Shown: positions 25,554-36,943 of the stretch, one piece after another | Layout: every line of letters begins with the position of its first letter | How positions within the stretch are numbered: position 1 is the stretch's first letter | From: Octopus sinensis | Taxonomy: Eukaryota | Direction of reading: 5' to 3' | DNA: 37,174 nucleotides | NCBI RefSeq assembly: GCF_006345805.1 | Contig: NW_021836830.1 | Span: forward strand, 1-37,174 | Made by a program: the position numbers and the translations under genes | Notes under the pieces: generated by a model | What the model was told of the DNA's origin: nothing | Database searches by the model: none | Seen by the model: the letters and a program-made list of their open reading frames with translations, nothing else

Positions 25554-25924
25554 CACTCACATATACACACACAAAACCAGCATGCCAGTCAGTGACGTCA
25601 GACTGTGATCAATCCAACCAGTTCCCAGTATTATTGGATATAGATTAGGTATTAATTCCCGAGAGTTAATCAATTCCTATTTTGTTCGTTTAAAATGACA
25701 GAGTAATCTAAGCCCATTCTGGGTCCTCCGCCTCTAATCTACGATGAACATTCAATTGTTCTCTCAACGTACTCAATGCTAAAATTATCACGTGAGTGGT
25801 TCGATATACCACAGCTTAGTATGCCGTTAACATAATTCACGTGACGAACCAGTATGATACACTGTGTGACAAGGCTTGCCCGTTGACTTGCGGGGACAAT
25901 CCCCCTGCCCAGTCGACAAGCCGC

Positions 25925-26075
25925 CACATAGATCCACCTACTTAATAACATTCACAAGGTTTGGGGCAACTCGAGATTCTGGTAGACGACATTTGATCAA
26001 GATGCTATGCAATGGATCGAACTCGTATACACAAGATGACAAGAACTCCTGACCCACTCTGCAATGTCTAGGCCT
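25925..26075 (-). mobile_element. Old family A-like SINE head
   Basis: TCACAAGG.TTGG, TAGACGACATTTGATCAAGATGCTATGCAATGG and TCGAACTC resemble 7975-8040. Confidence 0.6.
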
Positions 26076-26151
26076 ACAAATCATGGACTACAGGATGGAT
26101 CAGGAGGACCATTCGGAGACTTGGTAATCATAGAAAAGGAAATACGCTTTC

Positions 26152-26183
<32 letters not shown>

Positions 26184-26251
26184 TAGGTAACGATGAAAGC
26201 TAATTATGTAGATGTGTTTGTGCGCATGTCTATATGTACATGGGAAAACAC

Positions 26252-26300
<49 letters not shown>

Positions 26301-26447
26301 TCCATTTACTTGTGTATGCATACGTACAGATGTGTCATATTCTAGTTTGAAAAACGCTTATTTTGCAAATTTAGCAAATCCATAAAGTGCGAAAACTACA
26401 AGGATTATTATTATTATTATTATTACTATTATTATTATTATTATTAT
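26252..26447. repeat. (GATA)n and (ATT)n microsatellites
   Basis: GATA run at 26252-26300 and ATT run at 26403-26447. Confidence 0.95.
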
Positions 26448-26849
26448 TTTTAGGAGAAAATATGAAACCATAGAATTTTTTCTGAAGGTTCTTGATGTCA
26501 CGGAAGTGAAGAGAATTCACATGGGAATCGACCCCCCACCCCGCAAAAACCCCAGGAGTAGAATTCTATTCTATCTTATCTGTATTTCTTTGAACAGGTA
26601 TAAAAACAAAAAACAAAACTGTTTTTTTCTGTTTTTCTATGTAGGAAAAGGCTGTTGTGTTTAGGTCCCTGTCTCCGAGGAGTCATCGACATGGAGTATT
26701 GGCCCCTATTTATGTGGTTTCCGTTCTTTAACTTTCCATCAGCAAGTGCATTGGGCTATAGAATCTAAGGACCAAGTGGTGGTGTTAAACCACGTTGCAG
26801 ATTAATCTACCCACCAAACAGAAGATTGAGGGTCGCTCGGTCACGCTTC

Positions 26850-26975
26850 TACACAGTTTCCATTTAGCAAACTTCTACACCAAGGCTTTGGTCAGTTCGA
26901 GGTTATGGCAACATCCATGTGTCCACGGTGCGCTTAGGATCGAATGCGAAACCACGTAATTGGGTCGTGATATTT
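26850..26975 (-). mobile_element. Old family A-like SINE head
   Basis: CAGTTTCC, CAAGGCTTTGGTC and GGATCGAA..CGAAACCACG are colinear with family A. Confidence 0.55.
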
Positions 26976-27849
26976 CATAATGATGCTTCGGTGGATGTCA
27001 TTGCACTATATTAAGGATGAAGGAACGGTAGAACATGGCTTTCGGGATTTTTATCGGGACCTTAGGTATATAATGGGAATGAAGGAGAGGACACCGAGAA
27101 AGGAAACCCCATTGTAGGGTCGGCTTGTTAAATCTCTCCTCCTGCAATACCTTTAATGACCTGATACTGTTATATATAGAAGGAAGAAGTACAGTGGTCG
27201 ATGGAATGGGGTGGGCGGGGGTCAGGGGCTCTTGGTTACAGCTGAAACTCCATGTGGAGACGGACTGTTAAGTACTGTGTTGACTGCAGTAGTCGGAGGA
27301 GGGGAAGACTTGGATATTGTATTGGCCCAAGCTGGTCAGTGGGGTTGAGGGATTAAGTATTGCCAATGAACAAGATATAACAGTACCGGAGACAGATCGA
27401 ACCGACAAACATCTAATCGGATGTTTGTCTCTCTTCGGTCTGTAGCTTAATAATGAGCATGTAAGATAAAACCCCTTACCCCAGTACAAGGATATAAGTG
27501 TAAGATTTACATAGGGTCGCATTAGTGATCAAAAAATGGGCCGCGAACCCATGATTGCTGCTTAATTATTTCTTTATAATAAAAGGTTTAATAACATCAT
27601 TTTAATGCTCCCAGCTGGAATCGAAACCTGGCAACAGATTTGTTCCTCCACAAAATTTTAAAAGGTCTTAAACACATACACGCGCAGCCACACAATATAT
27701 CTATGTCTATAGTCATATACAGCCATATATATTCACTTATAAGGAGATTCACAAACACACACACTCATACAAGTGTGTGTATGTGTGTAACTTTATATAT
27801 GTGAATAGGTGACTATCGTGTGTGCATGAAGGGATGGGTGTAGATAATG

Positions 27850-28045
27850 GTTGGCATCAGATCAGCACCGAACGATTAAGCCAATAATAAACAAGCTTTC
27901 CACCCAAGGCCATCCCGTCCTTTTGGGTATCAACAACTAAATGTACCTATGCTGCTCTTCCTTTTTAAAGACATTAGGACGAGGTTTGTGGAAAATTGAC
28001 TGCTATTTCTAGACGGTGGTGCGACCACGCTGCGACGGTTCCGTC
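27850..28045 (-). mobile_element. Interspersed repeat (SINE-tail-like), same family as the units at 32080-32850
   Basis: The reverse complement contains CTAGAAATAGCAG and GACGGGATGG, matching CTAGAAATAGCAG at 32695 and GATGGATGG at 32406. Confidence 0.6.
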
Positions 28046-28884
28046 ACAGAGTTTTCATTATATTTCTGTGCATGTTTGGTGCTTAAGTGAGCTACGTTCG
28101 CTGAGGTGTTTAGGTGATGTGTAGGGGAATCCCACTCACCATGGTGTTTAGATGAGTCGCTCCTTGTCGTGTTTAGCTGGCTTGCTCGTAGTTAAACAGG
28201 GTGATATTTCGGCGGGTCACACATCCTGGTTTAAACATATGGCTAGCGTTTAGATGGTCACTCATTGAGCTGTCAGCAAATGGATGGTGCTTAATGGGGT
28301 TACTGAACGGGGCGATAGCAAATGGATATATTTAAATGGGTCACAATCAATAAAGTTAGCATTTGGCCTCAGCCAACATTTGTTAACTGCTGTTTAACTC
28401 GTACACGAACCGGCATTCAGATAGAAACTGGTCAATATCTGTACGTGTGTGTGTGTTAACATCAGTGCACACGTGGGTGCAACTCTTTACACACGGATAT
28501 GCACAGAGCAAGAATTTTTTTCTTTTAGAACTGTGATTGATACCATGTGCTGGCACCTCCTTCTGACACGTGTGCACACACCATCTACCCACACATCCAC
28601 CTACCAGCCTACCTATCTATCTACCCAGCCATCCGTTTGCCTACATACGTGTAACTATTGATAATAGTGACTATATTTTCCATAAGCATCGCAATCTCTT
28701 TTTGCTTCCCTGTCTCACCACCCAGGTACACGGATACACGGATATTATGGACACACACAGTCTAGTCACATGTATGTTAGTAGACAACTCATACAGACAA
28801 CTGCTTTATTGTGTAGAGTGGAAAAGTGCACACCTCCATTGATAGTTATGCATATGCACGTTATATAAGCATATATATGTGTGC

Positions 28885-28922
<38 letters not shown>

Positions 28923-29471
28923 GTGTGTGTGTGCGCGAGCGCAAATACACGCATGCATGAGAGAGAAGGGGCAGTGAGAAAGTGTGTGTGTGTTTGCGTA
29001 GATATATTCTGCCGTTTGTGTGGGGAATGGTTTCACATTGAAACGTCGATGGGAAACCACTGCATTCTTTGTATTTTTGTGAAGGAATATTGTTTCATTA
29101 TTTTTAAAATTTTATTTTATGGTATTAATTCCTTTGCGGTTTGTTTGCAACGGTAAAGTTTGTACTTCCGTGGATTTGGGAACTTTACAGGTTCAAACTA
29201 TCTACGAGGGAGCCAGGCGAAAACATAAAAAAATATACACGATAATAGAGAAAACTAAAAGACAATCGCTTTCAATACAACACACACACACACACACACA
29301 CGTGCTTGCGTATATATATCTATAATCATTTTCTCTTCCTCTCTCTCTCTGTATATATATATATGTGTGTGCAATTTATATAAACACGAAAGTTAATTTT
29401 TATATACATACATCGATTTGTAAATACCTATATCTATATGCACCTCTCCCTCCTTCTCTCTCTACGCATAT

Positions 29472-29514
<43 letters not shown>

Positions 29515-29794
29515 AAAATATACATACACTCACTCACATCAACATTTTTATGTGTACACACGCGCGCACATGCATGCACACACACACACACATGCATGCA
29601 TATATATATATATCCAGCTGATGTGAAGTCGTGGTGTAAGACCGTAGTGAGCGCACACACGCACAGAGAACAGATGTTCGCCGTGTTGTTGCCATATGCC
29701 TAGAGCTGCGATGGTTAAAGAAAAGAAACTTGGATGAAGTGAATTAAACAACAACAACAGCAACAAACACTACAAGCTGAGTGGAACAGCTTAC

Positions 29795-29915
29795 CTTCAT
29801 AATCCCCTTCGTCTTCGTCGTTATTCTCCATTGGGTTACTGTAAGATCCCTGATTATTCTCGTTCGAAAGATCCTCGTTAGAATAATTGTGTCTAGTTAC
29901 ACCGCGCACCTGCAT
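29795..29915 (-). CDS. Putative first coding exon of an unidentified host gene (MQVRGVTRHNYSNEDLSNENNQGSYSNPMENNDEDEGDYE, phase 1)
   Basis: Unique sequence between microsatellites, with CAAA-ATG start context at 29915, a strong donor GAAG/GTAAGC at 29795/29794 and an acceptor TTACAG/ before 29946 (weak pyrimidine tract). The peptide is acidic and hydrophilic; no homology recognised. Confidence 0.6.
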
Positions 29916-30169
29916 TTTGACACCTTTCAATGTGAGCCCTAACAAACTGTAATTTGCATATTTTTCTATATATGTTTATATTTTTATATATACACTCCTA
30001 TATATATGTGGATATCTCGTATTAATTGTATATCATGATTTGTAAATATTGCGGTTTGTCTGTGCTTGTGAGCATTTTACTCAGTGCAAACATGTGCGTG
30101 TGTGTGCGTGTATATGGAAATAAATATATGTAATAGACATATGCATGTATGTAGCTATGTTCATTCATA

Positions 30170-30239
30170 TAGGTAGATAGGTAGATAGGTAGGTAGATAG
30201 ATAGGTAGATAGGTAGATAGGTAGGTAGATAGGTAGATA
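30170..30239. repeat. (AGGT/AGAT)n tetranucleotide repeat
   Basis: Directly visible. Confidence 0.93.
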
Positions 30240-30770
30240 AATGTTTGTGTGCGTGTGTGTGTGCGTGTATATGTATTGCGGTTTCTAATTATTGCTAGTG
30301 TCTAGTTTCATCTTTTCGATTTTATGTAGACCTGTATATATACAACTTATAGTTCCGAAATTTCCACCAAGATATCCGGGTATATTAGTCAATATTTCGA
30401 GGATTAAGCCGTCCCGTAAACACATCCACCCGACTCGGGTACACATTGCCTTTGCTTCCTAGTTTACACTCAATCCTTCTCTTTTATTATCAAGCGATAA
30501 TGTTGTTGTTGGTGTTGTTGTTAAATATTGCCGTGTTGCTAAACCACCGTGAACCCCCTCAAAATAAGGTGTGCACGAATCAGTGAGTTGTCGGATCGAT
30601 ACCACCTGAAGACAGACACTATTGTCTGCCTTTGAAAAATCCTCATGCCGAAAGGAAGCTAGAAAAATTTTAGGGATCACTTTTTTCTTTCCTTCATATA
30701 TAAATAATGTGCACTTAAATATTATACGCACACAAAGTTAAGTGCATGAGTAGATATATATATATATATC

Positions 30771-30801
<31 letters not shown>

Positions 30802-31053
30802 GTGCTTTTTGCGTTTTCTTTTAATTCAAATCGTTATAGCATTCCGCTTTTTTCTTTTTTTTTTCTCCCCCGTTTCCGTTCGGGTATATAATCTTAGACT
30901 TCAGTTCTATATATAATTAGACTTCGGGTGTATATAAATATACATGTTTCTGTGTGGGTGTATCTATATATGTTTAGAATTCAGCCTTTGCGCAAATGTG
31001 GATATCGTGTGCTATTACTGCCGGAAAGATGACAAGCTGAGTTGAAATCTTAC

Positions 31054-31290
31054 TTTTTTCGTTTGTCGAAAACCAGACGTGCATTTGGTCCAAGTTTCGG
31101 GTGACTCCCAGGAAAACCAATTTCAGTTTATCTTTTTTTTGTCTTCGAAGGAAAGAAATGGTATTTACACAGCTCCAATTGAATCATTTCTAGCGAGAAA
31201 AAAAGCGAAGAAATATCATAAAAGAGAGAGACTTGCTTAAGCTCGTTCGCTTCATTAGACCCATTTCGCTCTCAGATCTACCGATGCTCA
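31054..31290 (-). other. Candidate non-coding 5' exon of the minus-strand gene
   Basis: Unique CpG-containing sequence ending in a donor-like AAA/GTAAGA at 31054/31053, about 1.1 kb upstream of the ATG exon. The start is undefined. Confidence 0.3.
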
Positions 31291-31296
31291 TTCTGC

Positions 31297-31327
<31 letters not shown>

Positions 31328-31459
31328 CATACGTGTGTGCTATGTGGAATATGTATATCTGATCGCTTTCTCTCCACGATGTGTGTGTGTGCGTGTGTGT
31401 GTGCGAGTGTGATGTGCAACATCAATATGTATATGTCTATCTGTGTAAGTGTGTTTATG

Positions 31460-31539
31460 CGTGCGCGCGCACACACGCCTCTGTCTCCAGCTCCGCCGCC
31501 CTCACTCTTCTCTCTACAGGTAATACTGCTGTACAACAG

Positions 31540-31570
<31 letters not shown>

Positions 31571-31601
31571 TCTCTCTCTCTCTCTTCTCTCTCTCTCTTC
31601 T

Positions 31602-31632
<31 letters not shown>

Positions 31633-31748
31633 GCTTCTCCACTCACACCTGACTCTCAATGGCCACAGTTCAGTGATGACACAGGTGTCACACACCGCCG
31701 CCGCCACTACTACATGCTGACGACACCACCACCACCGTCACTTCTTCT

Positions 31749-31781
<33 letters not shown>

Positions 31782-32080
31782 CGATGCTGTCCGGTTGGGC
31801 AGATGGTATCAGTGACAACAACAACACCACCACCACCACCGCTGCCGCCGCTACCATGGAGTCAACTACAATGACTGCTGCTGTTGCTGCTGCCGCTGCT
31901 GTTGTTTCTATTGATGTTGTTGTTGTTGCCGCCACAGCCAGCCTTTACAACAAAAACTGCTGCTGCCGCTGCTACAGCACGTAACTGTCAACAAGCGCTG
32001 CTACCGACGCCGACTTCACCGGCAGCAGCAGCAGCAGCAGCGACACACCCAACACCACTGCCGCCCCCTCTACCACAGCC
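31460..32080. promoter_or_regulatory. GC-richer, promoter-like low-complexity region with (CT)n and GCC/CAG/ACC triplets
   Basis: Local GC and CpG content rise relative to the window, GAGA-type tracts are long, and the region lies upstream of the candidate exons. The function is inferred. Confidence 0.4.
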
Positions 32081-32935
32081 GAAGCCTCGATGCAATCACT
32101 CGCTCTGCTAGAAATAACAGCTAAATAACATCCTACTCTTTTGAAAATGGACGTGTTCTAAGCCAGGTGGACACGGTTGGAATGTCCTTGAATATAATAC
32201 TACTCAATGAGGATAGGATCGCATCACTTGCGTCCACAACATCCACATGTTCACCACATGTTCACTGTCACATCAACTGTTCATCGTTCACTAAAACTTT
32301 GGTTCTTCACTGCCGCTGTTCGCAAGGGATCGCTTCACCTTTCTAGAAACAGCAGCCAAAGCAACCTCAAACCGTACCATTTAACAAATAGGACGCACTT
32401 ATATGGATGGATGGTCGCACTGGAATGTCTTATTACAGGTTTGGTGGAACAAGGAATGGCCTAGGGTTAAACACGGCTAGCTCCCCTCCTCCCCTGCCAA
32501 CTCCCATTGTCAAAACATGGCTTTATTCACTATTGTGTTCACTGTCAACTGTTCGCTGCTATATGCTGTCAATTGTTTCACTGTTTGTTCACTATCACCT
32601 GTTCACCTTTAGAATGTTCAGTTGTCCACTGTCATCTGTTCACGACCGACAGTAAGGAGCCAACATGGAGCCACTATGTAGTCACGCGAACTGCTAGAAA
32701 TAGCAGCTATATTGCAGTCAAATCCCTCACTATTAACTTCAACAACAACATATTGAATACTGTTGTCCTAGGTAGACTGCAAAATAGCGGGGCAGGTTTG
32801 TTATGACTTGCTCACTCTGTATTACCTTTGGGTTAAACATCAGCAACAATTTTTCTACCACTACAACTATACTGTTAACTGCCACGTGTTCACAACAACT
32901 GAACCGTTCACCGCTACCCTGTTCGCCACTCACAA
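32080..32935 (+). repeat. Old three-unit tandem array: interspersed-repeat segment plus TGTTCAC-rich tract
   Basis: CTAGAAA.A.CAGC at 32108, 32343 and 32695; TGGAATGTC in units 1 and 2; GGGTTAAACA in units 2 and 3. Each unit is followed by clustered (T/C)GTTC(A/G)C. Confidence 0.75.
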
Positions 32936-33510
32936 CGTGGCAGGCACTTTAACGTTTACTTCACAAGAAACACCTTTTGTTGAAGGTGAGAGTGAGTCAG
33001 GTGTGTGGTGTGATAGCAGCTACATGCAATCACTGTAATTAACACACCTGTACTCTAGATTACACTAGTCACTGTACAAGTACGACAGTAGGTACTTGTA
33101 TATCATCACACGAGAAGAAGCACCTTTAATGAAGACAGAGTGTGGCTCAGGTGTGTTGACTGCTGACTGCGTCATTAAAACACTCTCCACCTGTATACTA
33201 TAATCCAGCTCTTCATTACTGCACTGTTTATCTTTCACAGAACGGCAGCAGGTACTTTCACATTGTCACACTGGAAACACCTATCGAGGAAGGTGACAGT
33301 GACTCAGGTGCGTTGACTGCTTGGTGTTGGCACATCGAGTCGTTGCACTCATATCTACCATACCTGTGTTCTACGCACATCCTCTATTGCTGTTTTGTTC
33401 AGTATTCACAGTATAACAGCAGGTACTTTCACAGCAAACACACTGGAAACAGCTTCAAAGGACAACCAGAGTGACACAGGTGTGTGGCCTGTTGACTGCA
33501 CACAACACTA
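32935..33510 (+). repeat. Old four-unit tandem array, period about 150-172 bp
   Basis: CAGGTG at 32998, 33148, 33305 and 33477 in the same context. Units 3 and 4 share CAGCAGGTACTTTCACA and CACACTGGAAACA. Confidence 0.85.
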
Positions 33511-34620
33511 ATGTCTTGTTGAAAATCCAGGCGTTAGTACAACCGGTGGGGTTGACACAGTGGGCAGAAACTCCAACCATCGTCCAGCATTTAAAAATAT
33601 GTGTGTGTGTGTCGCTTGCTGAGTAGTGTTGGTTGTAGTAGTCACCACACTATGAGCAGCACTACAACTAGATTGCTACGTCGACCTTAGACTACACCAA
33701 GCTAATGTACAACTATAAACTTTCTACTAATTTCATAAACTACTTGTTGATCTGCATGTGTGTGTGTATATGTGCACGTGTGAAAATGTGTGTCACTAAG
33801 TCTGTGTATGTGTGTCTGCGCAACGCACATATATATACGTATATCTGTGTGTGTGTGTGTGTGTGTGTTCGTGCATGCATATTTCTGAATATCTGCGTAC
33901 ATATGTTCCTGCAACTATATCTATTTTTGTCTGATATGTATCACACACACACACACACACACACACACGCCTATTCAATTTCTTTATCTTCTACACGAAC
34001 ATGTCTTTTAAATGTATGTATATTATCTATACGTAGTTAATGTAGATATGTGGATATGTGGGTGGTTATCTCTCTCTCTCACTGCATTATTGAGAAGAAA
34101 GCGTTGAACTCATTGACAGTTCAATACTCGAACACGTAAACAAAAAGGAAGAACAAAAAATGGAAAACAGTCGCTCAGAAACGATAAGGGAACCCAATCC
34201 GTGCCCAGTTTACTCGGGGTAACAATCGTCTAATACGTTAGGATATATAAAGAACAACTGCTCTAACACAAGCGGGGTATTGTCTCTATCAGCAATAGTA
34301 AGGGAACTCTGGTCCAATCTACCTGTAATGACACCCTACACAACCTGAACATACCACATCTCTTTCGTTTCTACCCCGGGTACTCGACAACAGTCTTCTG
34401 CCAATCACTCAACAATTCCGTCCACTTTATTAATTTCAAACATCTCCAAACTTGTGTTTCACATCTCCCCCGCCACACACACGATTTCCATTTCTCGTTG
34501 CCTTGGTGACAACATTGTAAATTAAACGATTTATCGATTAAATATCTTTCTTCAGCGATCTATGTAAATATACACGCATATGTATGCACGATGTTTAATA
34601 CGTATGAGTATGTCACTATG

Positions 34621-34663
<43 letters not shown>

Positions 34664-34760
34664 GTGTGTATTATGAGAGAGTGTTTGTGTGAGTGCGTGT
34701 GTGTATAACAAGTTGCATATATGAATAATTAATTACGTGCATATATTATTATTATTAGCA

Positions 34761-34975
34761 AAAGGTGGCTTCCTGGCAGAGCAATTACCGCTCCGGACAA
34801 AAAGCATTGTGGCATTACTTTGGGCTTTACGTTCTGAGTCCAAATTCCGCCGAGGTTGACTCTGCCTTTCGTCTTTCCAAGGTAGATAAAATAAACACCG
34901 GTTGAATACAGGTTTCGACTGTCACTCCAACAGCCAACCCAACCCAACCCAACCCAATATGTCAGGCCATATGAC
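34761..34975 (+). mobile_element. SINE family D, older copy
   Basis: CTTTACGTTCTGAGTCCAAATTCCGCCGAGGTTGACTCTGCCTTTC matches 12625-12670. A short (CCCAA)n lies in the tail. Confidence 0.85.
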
Positions 34976-35256
34976 AAAATTATTTGCGCATGGCACTACT
35001 CATCCAGCTTGCGGGACCAGTTGATTGATCTCACTCTGATCATCAAGGGGCAGATTGTGATCGCATGTGTAGAAGGTTAAGAATTCAGTTGGTGGATCTA
35101 GATTTCTGTATGGTATTTATTTTGTGCGCGTGTGTACGTGGGCGGGGGAAGTGCTTAAGGTTGGTGTTAGTGTGACGTGATCGACCTTACACTCTCTCAT
35201 ATTATTAAGGTGGAAAAATTATCAGGGAAGCCATTTCTATTCATTTGTTGAGATGC

Positions 35257-36201
35257 ATATATATATATGTATATATATATATATAAATATGTATATATAT
35301 GTATATATTGATATATAAATATATGTATATATATAATTATATATATAAATATAAATATGTATATATATGTATATATTGATATATAAATATATGTATATAT
35401 ATCATTATATATAAATATATATGTATAAATATATATATATATATATAAATAAATACAACTGCATATATATTTTATATAGAATTATATACATGTTTATATA
35501 TATTTATATATAATTAATACATGTATATTATATATATTTATATATAATTATATAGATGTATATATATTTATATATAATTATATACATGTATATATATATT
35601 TATATATAATTATATACATGTATATATATATTTATATATAATTATATACATGTATATTATATTTATATATAATTATATACATGTATATATATATTTATAT
35701 ATAATTATATACATGTATATAATATATTTATATATAATTATATACATGTATATATATATTTATATATAATTATATACATGTATATATATATTTATATATA
35801 ATTATATACATGTATATATATATTTATATATAATTATATACATGTTATATATATTTATATATAATATATATATATATGTATGATATATATTTTAGATATA
35901 ATTATATATATATATATATAATAATATATATATTATATATGTATGATATATATATTTATATATAATTATATATATATATGTATGATATATATATTATATA
36001 TATTATATATATATATATATGTATGATATATATATTTATAATATAATTATAATATATATATATAATTATGAATATTATATTATATATATATAATTATATA
36101 TATATAATATATAATTATATATATATATTATTTATATTATATATATATATATATAATTATATATATATATATATATATGATATATATATTATATATAATT
36201 A

Positions 36202-36239
<38 letters not shown>

Positions 36240-36258
36240 GAATGTTTTTTATATATAT
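35257..36258. repeat. About 1 kb of AT-only low-complexity DNA with a 28-30 bp minisatellite
   Basis: The unit TATATATATTTATATATAATTATATACATG is repeated about a dozen times over roughly 35490-35850, with variant units on either side. Confidence 0.97.
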
Positions 36259-36879
36259 GAACGTGAAATACAGGAATGGATGAACACGGAACACAGACAA
36301 ATCATTCGAAGCCTTCAATCTTCAGTCAACACCGAATCATCATAGCAAATTTCGGCTGTTCAATTCTGATATTTGCTCAAAACTCGGCCAGCCCCAAGAA
36401 AAAAAACTAAGCGTAAGCATTAGATTTCTTGGTAGAAGACAGGAATGTGAACGCACAAGACGGATGTAAATACAAGAGACGAAAACGAAATTGAAAACAG
36501 TAATGAATAAACAAAATATATATACGGTGGTTGTCATACGACTTTAGACCAAATGAGACAAAAACAACAACAACATAGCTGGCGTAGAAAAATAATTACC
36601 GTTTCGGTAGCGGGGACACATGTTGGTCGAGATACGATGGCCAACAGAATGGTTAAGAAAGCAGGTTGCAGGAGAGAGAGAGAAAGAGAGACAGAGAGAG
36701 AGGGAATCAAAGAGAGTGGAAGGCAGGGGACAGAATCAGTGACCAAGAGAAAAGGAGAAAGAAGGGATCAAGGAGGATGGGAGGAAGAGGGGAGGAGGAT
36801 GGGAGGAAGAGAGGGGAAGAATCGGAGGGCGCCAAAAAGTTTGGTGAAGAAGCAATGGCGGGTAGGAAAGACATTCAAT

Positions 36880-36943
36880 TTAAAGTCTAACCGTTAAACG
36901 TATACAAAATTAATTTTGTATACGTTTAACGGTTAGACTTTAA
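36880..36943. repeat. Perfect 64-bp palindrome with no spacer
   Basis: TTAAAGTCTAACCGTTAAACGTATACAAAATT is followed immediately by its exact reverse complement; the centre is 36911/36912. Confidence 0.98.

Noticed and set aside
26990-27440. Possible minus-strand LINE endonuclease relic (VFPSSDYC) and a 10-bp hairpin at 27404-27429
   Set aside because: Too few motifs to assign a family; the hairpin alone is uninformative.
31738-32111. Poly-Ala/Thr/Pro ORFs resembling transcription-factor tails
   Set aside because: They derive from triplet repeats in several overlapping frames, with no domain or splice support.
32935-33510. CRISPR-like or protein-repeat reading of the four-unit array
   Set aside because: The repeats are not identical, the period is too long, there are no cas genes and the context is eukaryotic. 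Stops and frame changes break any continuous ORF.
36290-36400. Minus-strand GGCTG...CAGCC-GAAA and a nearby CTGAAGA, suggesting a third hammerhead
   Set aside because: The core elements are in the wrong order or lack flanking stems; probably part of another interspersed repeat.
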